Below, piece after piece: positions 20,469 through 31,273 of a stretch of DNA of 64,000 nt. The notes beneath the pieces are model-generated. The model was not told the DNA's origin and did not search any database. It saw only the letters and a list, made by a program, of their open reading frames with translations. The position numbers were made by a program, and so were the translations under genes. Position 1 is the first letter of the stretch. Each line of letters opens with the position of its first letter. Source of the DNA: an uncultured Spirochaetota bacterium (GTDB lineage: Bacteria; Spirochaetota; Spirochaetia; SZUA-6; Fen-1364); the NCBI GenBank assembly GCA_963745235.1, contig CAVUXE010000009.1, positions 1 through 64,000 of the forward strand. Reading direction: 5' to 3'.

Positions 20469-21477
20469 GCCCGGCCTCCGCGGGGGAGGCCGCCGTCCAT
20501 CTTCTCCTCGGTCCCGAGGAAGGGGAAAAGTCGGCCTTCATCGAGAAGCTGAAAGAAGCCCTTGCCACCGCACGGAGAGCCGCCCGAGGTGACGCGCTTC
20601 TATGGCGGGGAGTCCCGGGCCACCGACGTCGTCCTGTGCCTGCGCAACAAGACCCTTTTTCCCGGCACCGGCTGGTCATCTTCTCGGGGATGGAGCAGGT
20701 CAAGCGCGCGGAGGATGTCCAGGCCCTCCTGGAGTACCTCTCCGCCCCGTCCCGGGATGCCACGCTTGTCCTCGTGGCCGGGGGGTTTGCTTCCGAGGTC
20801 GACCGAAAGATCGTCGGCGCCATCCCGAAGGAGCGCCAGAAGATCTTCTGGGAGATGTTCGACAACCAGAAGCAGGGCTGGGTCGTCAGCTATTTCCGGC
20901 AGAGAAAGATCACCATCGACCCGACGGCCGTGGAATACATCCTGGACATGGTGGAGAACAACACCCGCGACATGCGGACGGAGTGCGAGCGGCTGGCGCT
21001 GTTCTTCGGAGCGGGGGCAGCAATCGGCCTGGCGGACGTTGAGCAGTACATCTACCACTCGAAGGAAGAGAACGTCTTCACCCTGTTCGACCGCCTGTGC
21101 GAGCGGGAGCTTTCCGGCTCCCTGGAGGTGCTGGACAAGATCCTCCTCTCCCGGGAGGCGGAGGCCACGCAGATCACCAGCGGCCTGCTCATGCAGTTCC
21201 GACGCCTGGCTTCCCTGAAGCGCATGCAGGCGGAGAATTACGAGGCATCAGAGGCGTTCCCCGGCTGCGGATCTTCAGCAAGAGAAACCAGAAGACGTAC
21301 CTGGAAGGGGCGCGGAAGTTCTCCGCGGCTGATCTGGACACCATCCGGCTTCTCCTGGCGGCCTTCGACGAGCGCTTCCGCTCCGTCAGGAGCGACCTGC
21401 ACGAGCTCCTTCTCCATCTGCTGGTGTACTATATCGTTCAGAGAGCCGGGCAAGGAGCATGGCGGCAGTCTCTCTAG
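20465..21477 (+). CDS. holA: DNA polymerase III delta subunit (several frameshifts)
   Basis: HLLLGPEEGEK, IFWEMFDNQK..W, ECERL, HSKEENVFTLF; pieces in alternating frames. Confidence 0.8.
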
Positions 21478-23217
21478 GGAGGCCCGCCTTCTTCTGGATG
21501 TCGTCCACCGTGGCCCCCAGGATCGCCTCCACGGAGCCGAAGACCTCCATCAGCCGCCTGCTCCGGGCCTGACCGACGCCGGGCACGCCTTCCAGAAGAG
21601 TCAGGGCCACGCGCTTCGCCCGCTTCTTCTTGTTGAGCGTCGTGGCAAACCGGTGGGACTCGTTGCGCACCGCCTCCAGGATCCGAAGGGACGGAGAGGC
21701 CTCGTCCAGCAGAAGGGGGTCGTCCCGGCCGGGCAGGAAGATCTCCTCCTGCTTCTTGGCAAGCCCGATGACGGGGATCTCCTCCAGGCCCAGGCAAGCA
21801 AGGACTCCGCGGGCCGCGCTGAGCTGGCCTTTCCCTCCGTCGATCAGGATCAGGTCGGGCCGGTCCAGCTCCTCGTTCAGCACCCGCGTGTAGCGGCGGG
21901 CAACCGCCTCGCGGATCGATTCGAAGTCGTCGATCTTCCCGTCGAGGCTGCGGATGGTGAACGCGCGGTAGAGCTTCCGGTCCGGCCTGCCGTCGGTGAA
22001 GCGCACCATGGAGGCGACGGTGTCGGTGCCCTCCAGGTGCGCGATGTCGAATCCCTCGATGCTGCGGGGGAGAGCGGCCAGGCCCAGGTCGAGCTTCAGC
22101 CCTTCCAGCGCCGCGGTCATCTCCGCTCCGCGCGCCGCCTTGGCCGCCTCCTCGCGGGCGTTCGCCTCCGCCATGGCCAGGAGCTGCGTATGCTTGCCGC
22201 GCTGCGGAATCTTCACCGCGATCTGCCTGCCGCCAAGCTCGCGCAGGAACTGCGAGAGGTTCTCCGCGTCCACGGCCCGCGGCCCACGTAGACCGCGTCC
22301 GGGACGGCCTTGCGCTCCGCGTAGTAGCGCGCGACGAAGTGGGACAGCGCCTCCTCGTCGGGCGCGTACTCCGCGACGCGAAAGACCTCCTTGCCCAGGA
22401 GCTTGCCTTCCCGCACCTGCAGGACGACGATGACCAGCGATTCTCCGCGAGGAGCAAGGGCGATGTAGTCCCGGTCCTCCTCGGTGAACTCCATGACCCT
22501 CTGCTCGACGGACACCTCCTCGATGGCGGGGATCTGGTCGCGCAGCTTCGCGGCCCTCTCGAACTCCTGGAGCTCCGAGGCCGCCTTCATCTTCTCCCGC
22601 AGGTCGCGCAGCAGCTCCTCGCTCCGGCCCGAGAGGAGCTTGCGCACCCCGTCCACGATCTTCAGGTACTCCTCCCGCGTGATCTTCCCGCAGCAGGCCC
22701 CCGCGCACCGTCCCATGTGGTAGTTCAGGCAGGGATACGCGCGCTTCTTCTGGGAGCCGCGGTACTTGCACAGGGGAAAGTGGCGCTCGATCAGCCGCAG
22801 GTACAGGTCGATCTGGTGGGGCTTGGGAAACGGCCCGAAGTACTCCGAGCCGTCGAAGATCATGCGCCGGGTCCTGATAGACCCGGGGGAACTCCTCCGC
22901 GGTGAGCCTGATCACGGGGTAGGTCTTTCCGTCCTTGAGGTCGATGTTGTACTGGGGCTTCCACTGCTTGATGAGGTTGTTCTCGAGGATGAGCGCCTCG
23001 TACTCGGTGTTGGTGATGATGACCTCGATGTCGGCCATGTGCGCCAGGAGGAACCGGGTCTTGATGTCCTTCTCACCGGCGAAATACGAGCGGATCCTGT
23101 TCCGCAGGCAGCGCGCCTTGCCGACGTAGATGATCTGCCCCGTGCGGCGTTCTTCATGATGTAGACCCCGGGCTTGTCCGGATACTCGCGGTCCCGCGGA
23201 TCGTGGAAAGCCTTCAA
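21386..23217 (-). CDS. uvrC: Excinuclease ABC subunit C (several frameshifts)
   Basis: PDKPGVYIMK, IIYVGKA..LRNRIRSYF, EALILENNLIK, FERAAKLRD, IEGFDIAH, PDLILIDGGKGQL, RNESHRFA, HhH GVG. Confidence 0.95.
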
Positions 23218-23251
23218 TAGAATACACCCCTCGCTACCGATTATAATACCA

Positions 23252-24789
23252 ATGTACAGAACCATGGTCCGGAAACAATCACGCTCCGGAGCGCTCCTGC
23301 TTTGTCTCCTGCTCTCTCGCGCCACGCCTTCGCGCAGCCTGGAGAAGTCCATCGAGCTGGGCAAGGAGCAGCTCTGGGGCGACATGCAGACCCTGGAGGG
23401 GGTGACGCGGGTCCCCGGGAGATGGGGCTTCCAGGACCTCGCCCTCTCCAAGCGGGGAGTACGTTCCGGACAGCTCCACCGAGCTTCTCCTGCACTTCGA
23501 CACCGATGCGCCTCCGGAGCCCGCCAACACCTACCGGTTCATCGACGCGGGACCGCGGATCCAGACCAGGGTCTTTGCCACGGGCGGCGGCAGCGCCATG
23601 TTCACCGGCGACAGGCAGGGAGTCAGGCTGCAGGCTCCGCCCGGCGCGCTCTTTGCCCCGGGGGCGGTGTGGGGCGATTTCACAATCGAGTTCTGGCTCT
23701 ATCCGGCAACCCTCTCGAACGGCGAAAACGTCCTCTCCTGGACAGGGGCGGCGAAAACGGAAGCCTCGGGACAGCCTCGGCTGACCGCCCAGACCATGCG
23801 CTGCTTCATCCGGGACCGGAAGCTTGTCTGGGATTTCCAGAATCTCTTCACTCTTCCCTCGGGGCAGCGGCTGCCTGTCACCGTTGCCGGCACGCGCAAG
23901 CTCCTTCCCCGGTACGTGGCACCACCACCTGCTGCGCTACAGCGCGACCGACGGGCTGCTGGAATACGGGATCGACGGGGTACCGGAGGCGATTGTCCAT
24001 GTCACCGACACGGGGAGCGAGACGGGATCCATCGCCGTGCCGCGGCTGGGGCTCGAGGAAGCGGGCCCCCTTGTGCTCGGCGCCGGGCTCACCGGCTTTC
24101 TGGATGAGCTTCGCATCTCCCGACGCTTCGTGGACGACCCGATGATCCAGCGATACGCGGGCAGGACGGGCACGGCCACATCGAGCATCATCGACCTCGG
24201 GTTCACTTCCACCCGGATTTCGCGTATCGAGGCGGTCGCGACCACGCCCGGGGACTCCGGGGTGGAGTTCTACTACCAGGTCTCGGACGCATGGCAAAAC
24301 CCCCGGCTCTTGAAGACGCCGACAGACTGGGTCCCCTTCACACCGCCGGGGAACTTCAAGGATACGTTGAAGGGCAGCTACCTCCAGCTCAGGGTCGAGC
24401 TGTACCCTGACGGGACGCGAAACCTGACCCCGCGGGTGTCCAGCATCCGCATCGTCTACGAGCCCAACGAGCCGCCTTCGCCGCCCGCCGGCCTTCTTGC
24501 CGCGCCGGGCAACGGCAAGGTGACGCTGACCTGGCGCACGGTGAACGAGCTGGACGTGAAGGGCTACCTGGTCTACTACGGGACCTCGCCGCACAACTAC
24601 CTGGGCGCCGGCGCGCAGGAAGGGGATTCGCCTGTGGACGCCGGAGCGAAGACCAGTATCGAGATATCCGGCCTTGCAAACGGGAACCTGTACTACTTCG
24701 CCGTTGTGGCATACGATGACTCGGTCCCGCCCCAGAAAAGCGATTTCTCCCCGGAGGTGAGCGCCCGTCCGTCGAGGATATACAAGTGA
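23252..24789 (+). CDS. Exported LamG-like (concanavalin) + fibronectin type III domain protein (frameshifted)
   Basis: Signal peptide, DFTIEFWLYP, WHH, GFLDELRIS, PPAGL..APGNGKVTLTW..GYLVYYG..GLANGNLYYFAVVAYD. Confidence 0.8.
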
Positions 24790-27700
24790 AAGCAATGACC
24801 ACCCCCGAGATACTCGTGCGGGCCCGCAACGCGTTCAAAATGGGGGAGTATCCGCTGGTTGAGAGGCTCGCGCTGCGGATCCTGGCCGCTGAGCCTGATT
24901 CCGCGGTTGCCTACAACCTCCTGGGAACCGTCTATGACAAGACGGGACGCTTCCGAAAGGCAATCGAGCTGTTCCAGAAGGCGGTGGATGCACGCCCGGA
25001 CTACACGGAGGCGCACAACAACCTGGGGGTGATCCTCCGAAAGATCGACAAGCACGCCGAGGCCATCCCCCACCTGGAAAAAGCAATCTCTCTTTCTCCC
25101 CAGCGCGGTGACGTCTACTACAACCTCGGAAACGTCTACAAGTCCCTGAACAACGCGGCGCTTGCCGAAGAAAACTTCCAGAAAGCGATCTCCGTTGATC
25201 CCTCCTTCGTGCCCTCCTACATCAATCTCGGAACGGTCCTGGAGGAGCAGGGCCGCAACACGGAGGCGGTCCGCACCTACCTCAAGGGGCTGCAGGCAGA
25301 CGCCAACCAACCGCGGTTGCACTACAACCTCGGCGTCGTGTACGAACGCATAGGACGGCTTGCCGAAGCGCGGGAGGAATACGAGGCGGCCGCGCGGGCG
25401 CGGCCAAACTGGGCGGACGCTCTCAACAACCTGGGGGTGATCCAGCACAGGCTGGGAGACGAGCGCAGCGCGGAAAAAACTCTCCGCGAGGTGCTGCGAG
25501 CAGAGACGGGCGATGCGCGCACTCTCAACAACCTCGGAGTGGTGCTGGCCGCCCTGGGGCGCAGGGAGGAGGCGGTGCAGGCTTACCGGGCCTCCATCAA
25601 GGCAAACCCCCGCTATACACAGGCTATCGGGAACCTCGCGGCCCTGCTCGAGGAGGAGGGCAAGTTCACCGAAGCCATGGAGGAGCTCAAGCGCCTGCTC
25701 ACCTTCGCGCCGGGGGACACGGATGCCCACCTGCGGCTCGCCAGCATACTTCGGAAGATGGAGAACTTTCCCGAGGCCGTAGAGCATGACAAGGCGGTGC
25801 TGGCTGCTCAGCCCAGGAACGCGGAGGCGTTGAGCGGCACCGCGTGGGCGCTCGGGAAGATGGGCCAAACGGCAAAAGCCCTTGAATACTACGCGAGGCT
25901 GGAGGCGAGCGCGCCCGAGGATCAGAGCTTCCGACTGGATCGCGCGTTGCTGCTCTCTGACTCTGGAAAACCCGATCTCGCGCGGCAGGAGGTCCTTCGC
26001 TACCTGGAGGTCTTCCCGGATGACCAGCGGGCCCGCGTGCTCCTGGCGGACCTCTACGCCGCGCAGGGACAGAAGAAGCAGGCTGCCCAGACGCTGCGCG
26101 AGGTGCTGGAAGCCAGCCCGCAGCAGAAGGACGCCAGCTACAGACTTGCCAAGCTCTACCGGGAGCTGGGCGAGCCTCAGAAAGCCGTTGAGACCATGGA
26201 AGGTCTCATCAACCGCCTGGAACAGTCAAGCGATCCCGCGGACATGGATGCGCTGTCCCAGGCCATGGAGGAGTACGAGCAAACCGTCGCCGAGCATGAG
26301 AAGGACTTCCGCAACGAGAGGGAAAAGACCATCCGCAAGCTTCGCGAGCTGAGCGTCGACAGGGGAAAACCTGAGAAGAAGGTCGTGGAGGATGATTCCC
26401 TCATGATCGAGGACCTGGAGCCCCTGGAAGAAGATTCGGTGCCCATCATCAACGTCGGCGGCATGGAGCCGGTGTTCGCTGTCCGCGAAGAGGACGAGGA
26501 GCTGAAGCTGGAAGAAGCCGAGGAGCCCGTCCAGGAGGAGACAATAGCGATTGAGGACGAAAGGCCGCCAAACCTCGTCAATCTTCTGAAGGACCAGGAA
26601 CTGTATGCGGAAAACCCGGCCCTTGAAATCTTCCGGCCTCCCCCCCTGCTGCCGTCTCAGCAGCGTCCGGCTCCGGCGGCCCAGCCGGGGCTGGCCGGGT
26701 TGGTCGCCCCACCGCAAATGCAGCAGGCTCAGCCGGCGCCCTTCTGCCCAGCCGGCCTCCCCCGCGCAACCGGCCCCGGGGCCCGCAGCCCCTTCACAAC
26801 CGGCTCTGTCGGCGCAGGGAGAGGGTGTCCTTGCCAAATCCCTGAGAGAGTCGGTGGAGACGCAGCAACGGATGGTGGACAAGCTCTTTAACGAGATCTC
26901 GGATCTCTCCCGAAAGGTCGAAGAGCAGAAGAGGCCGCCCCAGGTCGTGCCCATCATGCTGAACCCGCCGCAGCAGCCGGCCGGGCGGTCACAGGCGCCC
27001 GCGCAGCCCGTGGTCATCAACTACCCGCCTCCGCAGCTGGGGCCGGTTGCCGAACAGCCGCCAGACGTCAGCTATCCGCCATTGCAGCCATCTGGAGAGG
27101 GCTTCCCCCGGTTTGCCGCAGGCGCTGAGGAGGAAATTGCTCCGCCGCCTCGGCCGACCGCCACCCCGAGCAGACCTCCCGCGGCGCCCTCTGGCGGGAG
27201 TCGCGGCGGTCCGCAGAGGCCTGATTCGCAGCCAGAGTTCGAGGCTCCCGCCTTCGGTCCTCCCGAGCCTCAGGCCCCTGATCGGTGGCCGCCGGGGCGC
27301 CCGGCTCCCGGCCTCGCGCCCAGGGCCCCCGTGCCCAAGGCCGCCGCGCGTGGGGCGCCTGAGCGAAGGGCCTCCCAACCCGCGGCCCCTGAGCATAGGG
27401 CGCCTCAGCGTAGGCCTCCTGAGGGCAGGCAACCCGAGCGCGCGGCCTCTCGGCCCGCAGCGCCGCAGCACGAAGCACCGGAGCGCACGCCCCCTGAGAG
27501 CAGGCAGCCAGAGCGCGCGGCCTCTCGGCCCGCAGCGCCGCAGCACGAAGCACCGGAGCGCACGCCCCCTGAAAGCAGGCAGCCAGAGCGCGCGGCCCCT
27601 CGGCCCGCAGCCCCTGAGCATAGGGCGCCTCAGCGTAAGCCTCCTGAGGGCAGGCAACCCGAGCGCGCGGCCCCTCGGCCCGCAGCGCCGCAGCACGAAG

Positions 27701-28523
27701 CACCGGAGCGCACGCCCCCTGAGAGCAGGCAGCCAGAGCGCGCGGCCCCTCGGCCCGCAGCCCCTGAGCATAGGGCGCCTCAGCGTAGGCCTCCTGAGGG
27801 CAGGCAACCCGAGCGCGCGGCCTCTCGGCCCGCAGCGCCGCAGCACGAAGCACCGGAGCGCGCGGCCCCTGAACCCCTTGCCATTGAACCTGCGACCCCC
27901 GCGCCTGAGGAGCGAGAAACCATCCTGGAAGAATTGCCTGAAGACCTGGAACCGCTTGCGCCGGCTGGCGAGGCGCCGAGGCCCCGACGCGGACGCCCGA
28001 GTCTCAAGGTGCACCCACAACCGAGGGTGAACAGCCGCCGCCTGAGACGAAAGCAGAGCCCGCCGCGCCGGAGCATCCGCCCGAGACCCGCACAAGCGAT
28101 GATGTGCGCAAGGAGCTGCGTCAATTCCTCAACGGCGTCATGGAGAAACTGGATGAAGCTCCCGCAGGGGGAACCGCAGTCCCTGAAAGCCCGGCCGGCC
28201 CGGCCGATCTCCTTGACTATCTGGAGAAACTGTCCGATTATCTCCCGGATCGGGAGAAGCAGCTGTTCCTGGGCAGCGAAGAGCGCCTCGCCATGGAATC
28301 GCTGAAGTCGAAGCTGGCGGGGAGGAAGGGCCTTCGCCAGGCAATTGCCGAGCGCTTCCCCGCTGGAGCGTCGGGCAGGAAGGAACCGCTCACCCGACCT
28401 CTGGTCGTGGACACGTTCTCCTATCTCAAGGACCTCGCGGCGTGGCACCCCGACAAGGCGGTCGGTGACGCCATGAGGGAGCGCATGGAGTCGCTCGTGG
28501 CACGGATGAGGGGAGCAGGATAG
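24786..28523 (+). CDS. Large TPR protein with acidic linker, Pro-rich tandem repeat and helical C-terminal domain (frameshifts near 26745 and 27990-28100)
   Basis: Many TPRs (AHNNLG, YYNLGNVY, HYNLGVVY, LNNLGV); ORFs 24786..26891, 26605..28305 and 28104..28523 join into one protein. Confidence 0.8.
27361..27870 (+). repeat. In-frame 75-bp tandem repeat (6 full copies + 1 partial) built from 15-bp subunits
   Basis: Units begin at 27361, 27436, 27511, 27586, 27661, 27736, 27811; encode ERAA(S/P)RPAAP(QHEAPERTPPESRQP or EHRAPQR(R/K)PPEGRQP). Confidence 0.95.
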
Positions 28524-28526
28524 GGT

Positions 28527-29402
28527 ATGAACGACAAAGCGAAGACGATTGCCGTCATCAAGACCTACATCTCCAAGATGCCGAGCCTCCCTATCGCGTG
28601 GTCCAAGATCCAGGAGATTTCCAAGAACCCCAAGGCCACCCCGGCGGACCTCAACCAGGTCATCAGCCTTGACCCCGTCCTCATGGGCCGTGTCATGAAG
28701 CTGATCAACTCCGCGTATTACGGGTTGAACAACCAGATCACGTCGCTGGTTCGAGCCATCATCATGCTGGGCGTGAACACGGTGAAGAACCTGGCGCTGT
28801 CAACGGCCGTGCTCGGCGGGCTTTCCAGCAAGAGCAACTTCCAGGCGCTCAACAACGACGGGTTCTGGCGTCACTCGCTGTGCGTCGGGGTGGCGGCAAA
28901 ACTGATTGCCACCAAGCGCCGCAAGGACCCCAAGCAGCTGGAAGAGTACTTCGTCTCCGGCCTGCTCCACGACATCGGCAAGATCCCTTTGAACAACAAG
29001 CTGTCCGCGGAGTACGTACAGGCGCTGTCCCTCACCGACAAGGAGCACCTTCCCCTCTACATCACGGAAGAGCGAACCATGGATGTGAACCACTGCGAGG
29101 TCGGGCGTCTCATCGTCAACAACTGGAACCTTGGCACCGCAATGGAAGACGTGGTCTTCTTCCATCACTTCCTGGACTCCTATCCCGGAGAGAACCGCGA
29201 TGTGCTCCTGACCGTTGCTGCCGCGAACTACTTCGCCAACTCCTACCAGATCGGCTTTTCCGGGGACCGCTACCCCGAGCCGCTGCCCCCCACGGTATTC
29301 GAGGAGCTGAAGATCAGCCGCGACGATCTTGATGAAGTCGAAAGCAAGGTCAACGGCGAGATAGAGAAGGCCAAGATCTTCCTCCAGGTTGCCGGCCAGT
29401 AA
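28527..29402 (+). CDS. HDOD domain protein
   Basis: MPSLP, DPVLMGRVMKLINSAYYG, AIIMLG, FWRHSL, GLLHDIGK, HCEVG..W. Confidence 0.92.
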   Translation: MNDKAKTIAVIKTYISKMPSLPIAWSKIQEISKNPKATPADLNQVISLDPVLMGRVMKLINSAYYGLNNQITSLVRAIIMLGVNTVKNLALSTAVLGGLSSKSNFQALNNDGFWRHSLCVGVAAKLIATKRRKDPKQLEEYFVSGLLHDIGKIPLNNKLSAEYVQALSLTDKEHLPLYITEERTMDVNHCEVGRLIVNNWNLGTAMEDVVFFHHFLDSYPGENRDVLLTVAAANYFANSYQIGFSGDRYPEPLPPTVFEELKISRDDLDEVESKVNGEIEKAKIFLQVAGQ

Positions 29403-29412
29403 GGATGAGCTT

Positions 29413-30342
29413 TTGGCCATCAAGGTGACCTTCTGGGGAGTCAGGGGCTCAATTCCCACGCCCGGCAAGACCACGGTCAGATACGGCGGCAACACGGCCT
29501 GTCTCGAGCTCAGGTTCGGCCTTGAAGACAGGCTCATCATCGTGGACGCCGGCTCGGGGATCCGGGAGTTGGCGGGAGAGATTCTCAGGAAGGACCTGAG
29601 AAAGAACGGCCACGTCGAAACAAAGATATTCCTCACCCATACGCACTGGGATCACATCATGGGATACCCGTTCTTCACACCCATTTACATCAAGAACACG
29701 AAGCTGGAAGTATTCGGGCCTGTCAGCTTTGAGGAGGACCCGCTGGAAAACGTGGTCGGCGGCCAGCTCCAGTACAAGTATTTCCCCGTCAACCTCGGGC
29801 AGCTCGAAGCGGACATCCACTACACTCGCCTCAAGGAGGTGGAGCAGGACCTGGGCGGCGGCATCAAGCTCACCACAAAATACCTCAACCACCCCATCAC
29901 GGTGCTGGGGTACAAGTTCGAGTACCAGGGCAAGGTATTCTGCACGGCGTACGACCATGAGCCGTACAGCAACATCTTCGACGTCCCTCCCAGCGATCCC
30001 AGTTACAATCCAGAAGCCGTCCGGGAAGGGGCCCTCGCCGCCAAAGAAGAGAATGACAAGGTGGAGGCTTTCTTTGCGGGCGCGGATGTGCTCGTCCACG
30101 ACTCCCAATACACGGACAAGGAATATCTGAAGGACAAGAAAGGATGGGGTCACAGCTCCTTCGAGTGGGCCATCAAGTCAGCCCACAGGGCGCGCGTGAA
30201 GCACCTCGTCCTGTTCCACCATGATCCCGAGCGCAGTGATGACAAGCTGGAAGAGCTTTACAACGGCTACGTGTCGAAGATCAAAGGGCAGACCACCATG
30301 CGCGTCTCCCTCGCCCAGGAAGGCGCAAGCATCGAAATGTAA
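29413..30342 (+). CDS. MBL-fold metallo-hydrolase (putative phosphodiesterase)
   Basis: FWGVRGSIPTP, YGGNTAC, DAGSG, THTHWDHIMG, HDSQY, GWGHS, LFHHDP. Confidence 0.9.
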   Translation: MAIKVTFWGVRGSIPTPGKTTVRYGGNTACLELRFGLEDRLIIVDAGSGIRELAGEILRKDLRKNGHVETKIFLTHTHWDHIMGYPFFTPIYIKNTKLEVFGPVSFEEDPLENVVGGQLQYKYFPVNLGQLEADIHYTRLKEVEQDLGGGIKLTTKYLNHPITVLGYKFEYQGKVFCTAYDHEPYSNIFDVPPSDPSYNPEAVREGALAAKEENDKVEAFFAGADVLVHDSQYTDKEYLKDKKGWGHSSFEWAIKSAHRARVKHLVLFHHDPERSDDKLEELYNGYVSKIKGQTTMRVSLAQEGASIEM

Positions 30343-30380
30343 CAGCATAGAAAATTGTATATTAAGCTCAGGGGGCCCGC

Positions 30381-31199
30381 GTGAAACGAACCCGGCTGAG
30401 CTTTTCCGAGGATGACCTTCAGTTCCTGGTGACTGTCCTGATGCCCGAGACCCCGGATCGCCAGAGGATGATCCGCGCGCTGAGGGAGGATGATGAGATC
30501 CTGGAGGGCATGCTTGCCGATGAGAAAGTCCTCCACCGGCTCCTGGACCATCCATCGTTCACCCTCCTGCGGGTATCTCCCGCTCTCTTCTTCAGCGTCC
30601 TGCTGGCGCGCGTGAAGCTGGACCTGGAGCGCCAGCCCTGGACCCTGGAGAGGACCAGCCGGCTCTCCATGGTCCTTTTCGATTCCCCCCAGGTAGTGGA
30701 GCTGCTGTCGAACAAGGAAGTGCGGGACTACCTTGCCGCGCTTCTCGTGTCTTTCGTGCGTGTCAACAGCTTTTCCACGACGGTACGCATTCGAAGCGGC
30801 ACATGGAGGCGGGTGCGGTTCAGCGACTTCGACATCGACAGTCTCGTGCGCTTCGGGAACGCCCTGGACGAGTCGCAGCGCTTTCCCGCGTACAAAAGGA
30901 TCGCCGACATCTGCCTTTTCACCCTGGGGATCTTTTCCCCGCCGCAGAGCGCTCCCGACGCCCCCCTGGCGCTGCTCAACGAAGGGCTTCGCATGGTGCT
31001 CCGCCGCAGCAGGGAGGACTATATCGAGCAGGGGGGAGCCTTCTACCGGCTCGCCTCACGGCACCGCGACGCGGCAAATCAGAAGCTTGCGGATGTCCTT
31101 GCGGTCCTCTCGGAAAAGATTGCCCTGGCTGCAAAGCCTCTCACCGTGATGTCGGCAAAATACCTTGCCCCCTTCAAGGATCCCGTGTTCCTGCACTAG
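30381..31199 (+). CDS. Conserved hypothetical helical protein
   Basis: 272-aa ORF with host codon usage; GGGGG RBS; YKRIADICLFTLGIF motif-like segment. Confidence 0.75.
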   Translation: MKRTRLSFSEDDLQFLVTVLMPETPDRQRMIRALREDDEILEGMLADEKVLHRLLDHPSFTLLRVSPALFFSVLLARVKLDLERQPWTLERTSRLSMVLFDSPQVVELLSNKEVRDYLAALLVSFVRVNSFSTTVRIRSGTWRRVRFSDFDIDSLVRFGNALDESQRFPAYKRIADICLFTLGIFSPPQSAPDAPLALLNEGLRMVLRRSREDYIEQGGAFYRLASRHRDAANQKLADVLAVLSEKIALAAKPLTVMSAKYLAPFKDPVFLH

Positions 31200-31273
31200 G
31201 TCCTCAGCGAAGCATCGTCTCCTGCCTTTTCGGCCAGTTTTGCGTTGCAGGTGGCCGCTAGTATCTTTTTCAC

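Noticed and set aside
21386-21477. ~90-bp convergent overlap of the holA and uvrC 3' ends
   Set aside because: Both genes contain indel errors, so the true stop positions are uncertain; short tail overlaps are common.
27361-27870. Regularly spaced repeats resembling a CRISPR array
   Set aside because: No unique spacers; the units are contiguous, in frame within a CDS, and no cas genes are present.
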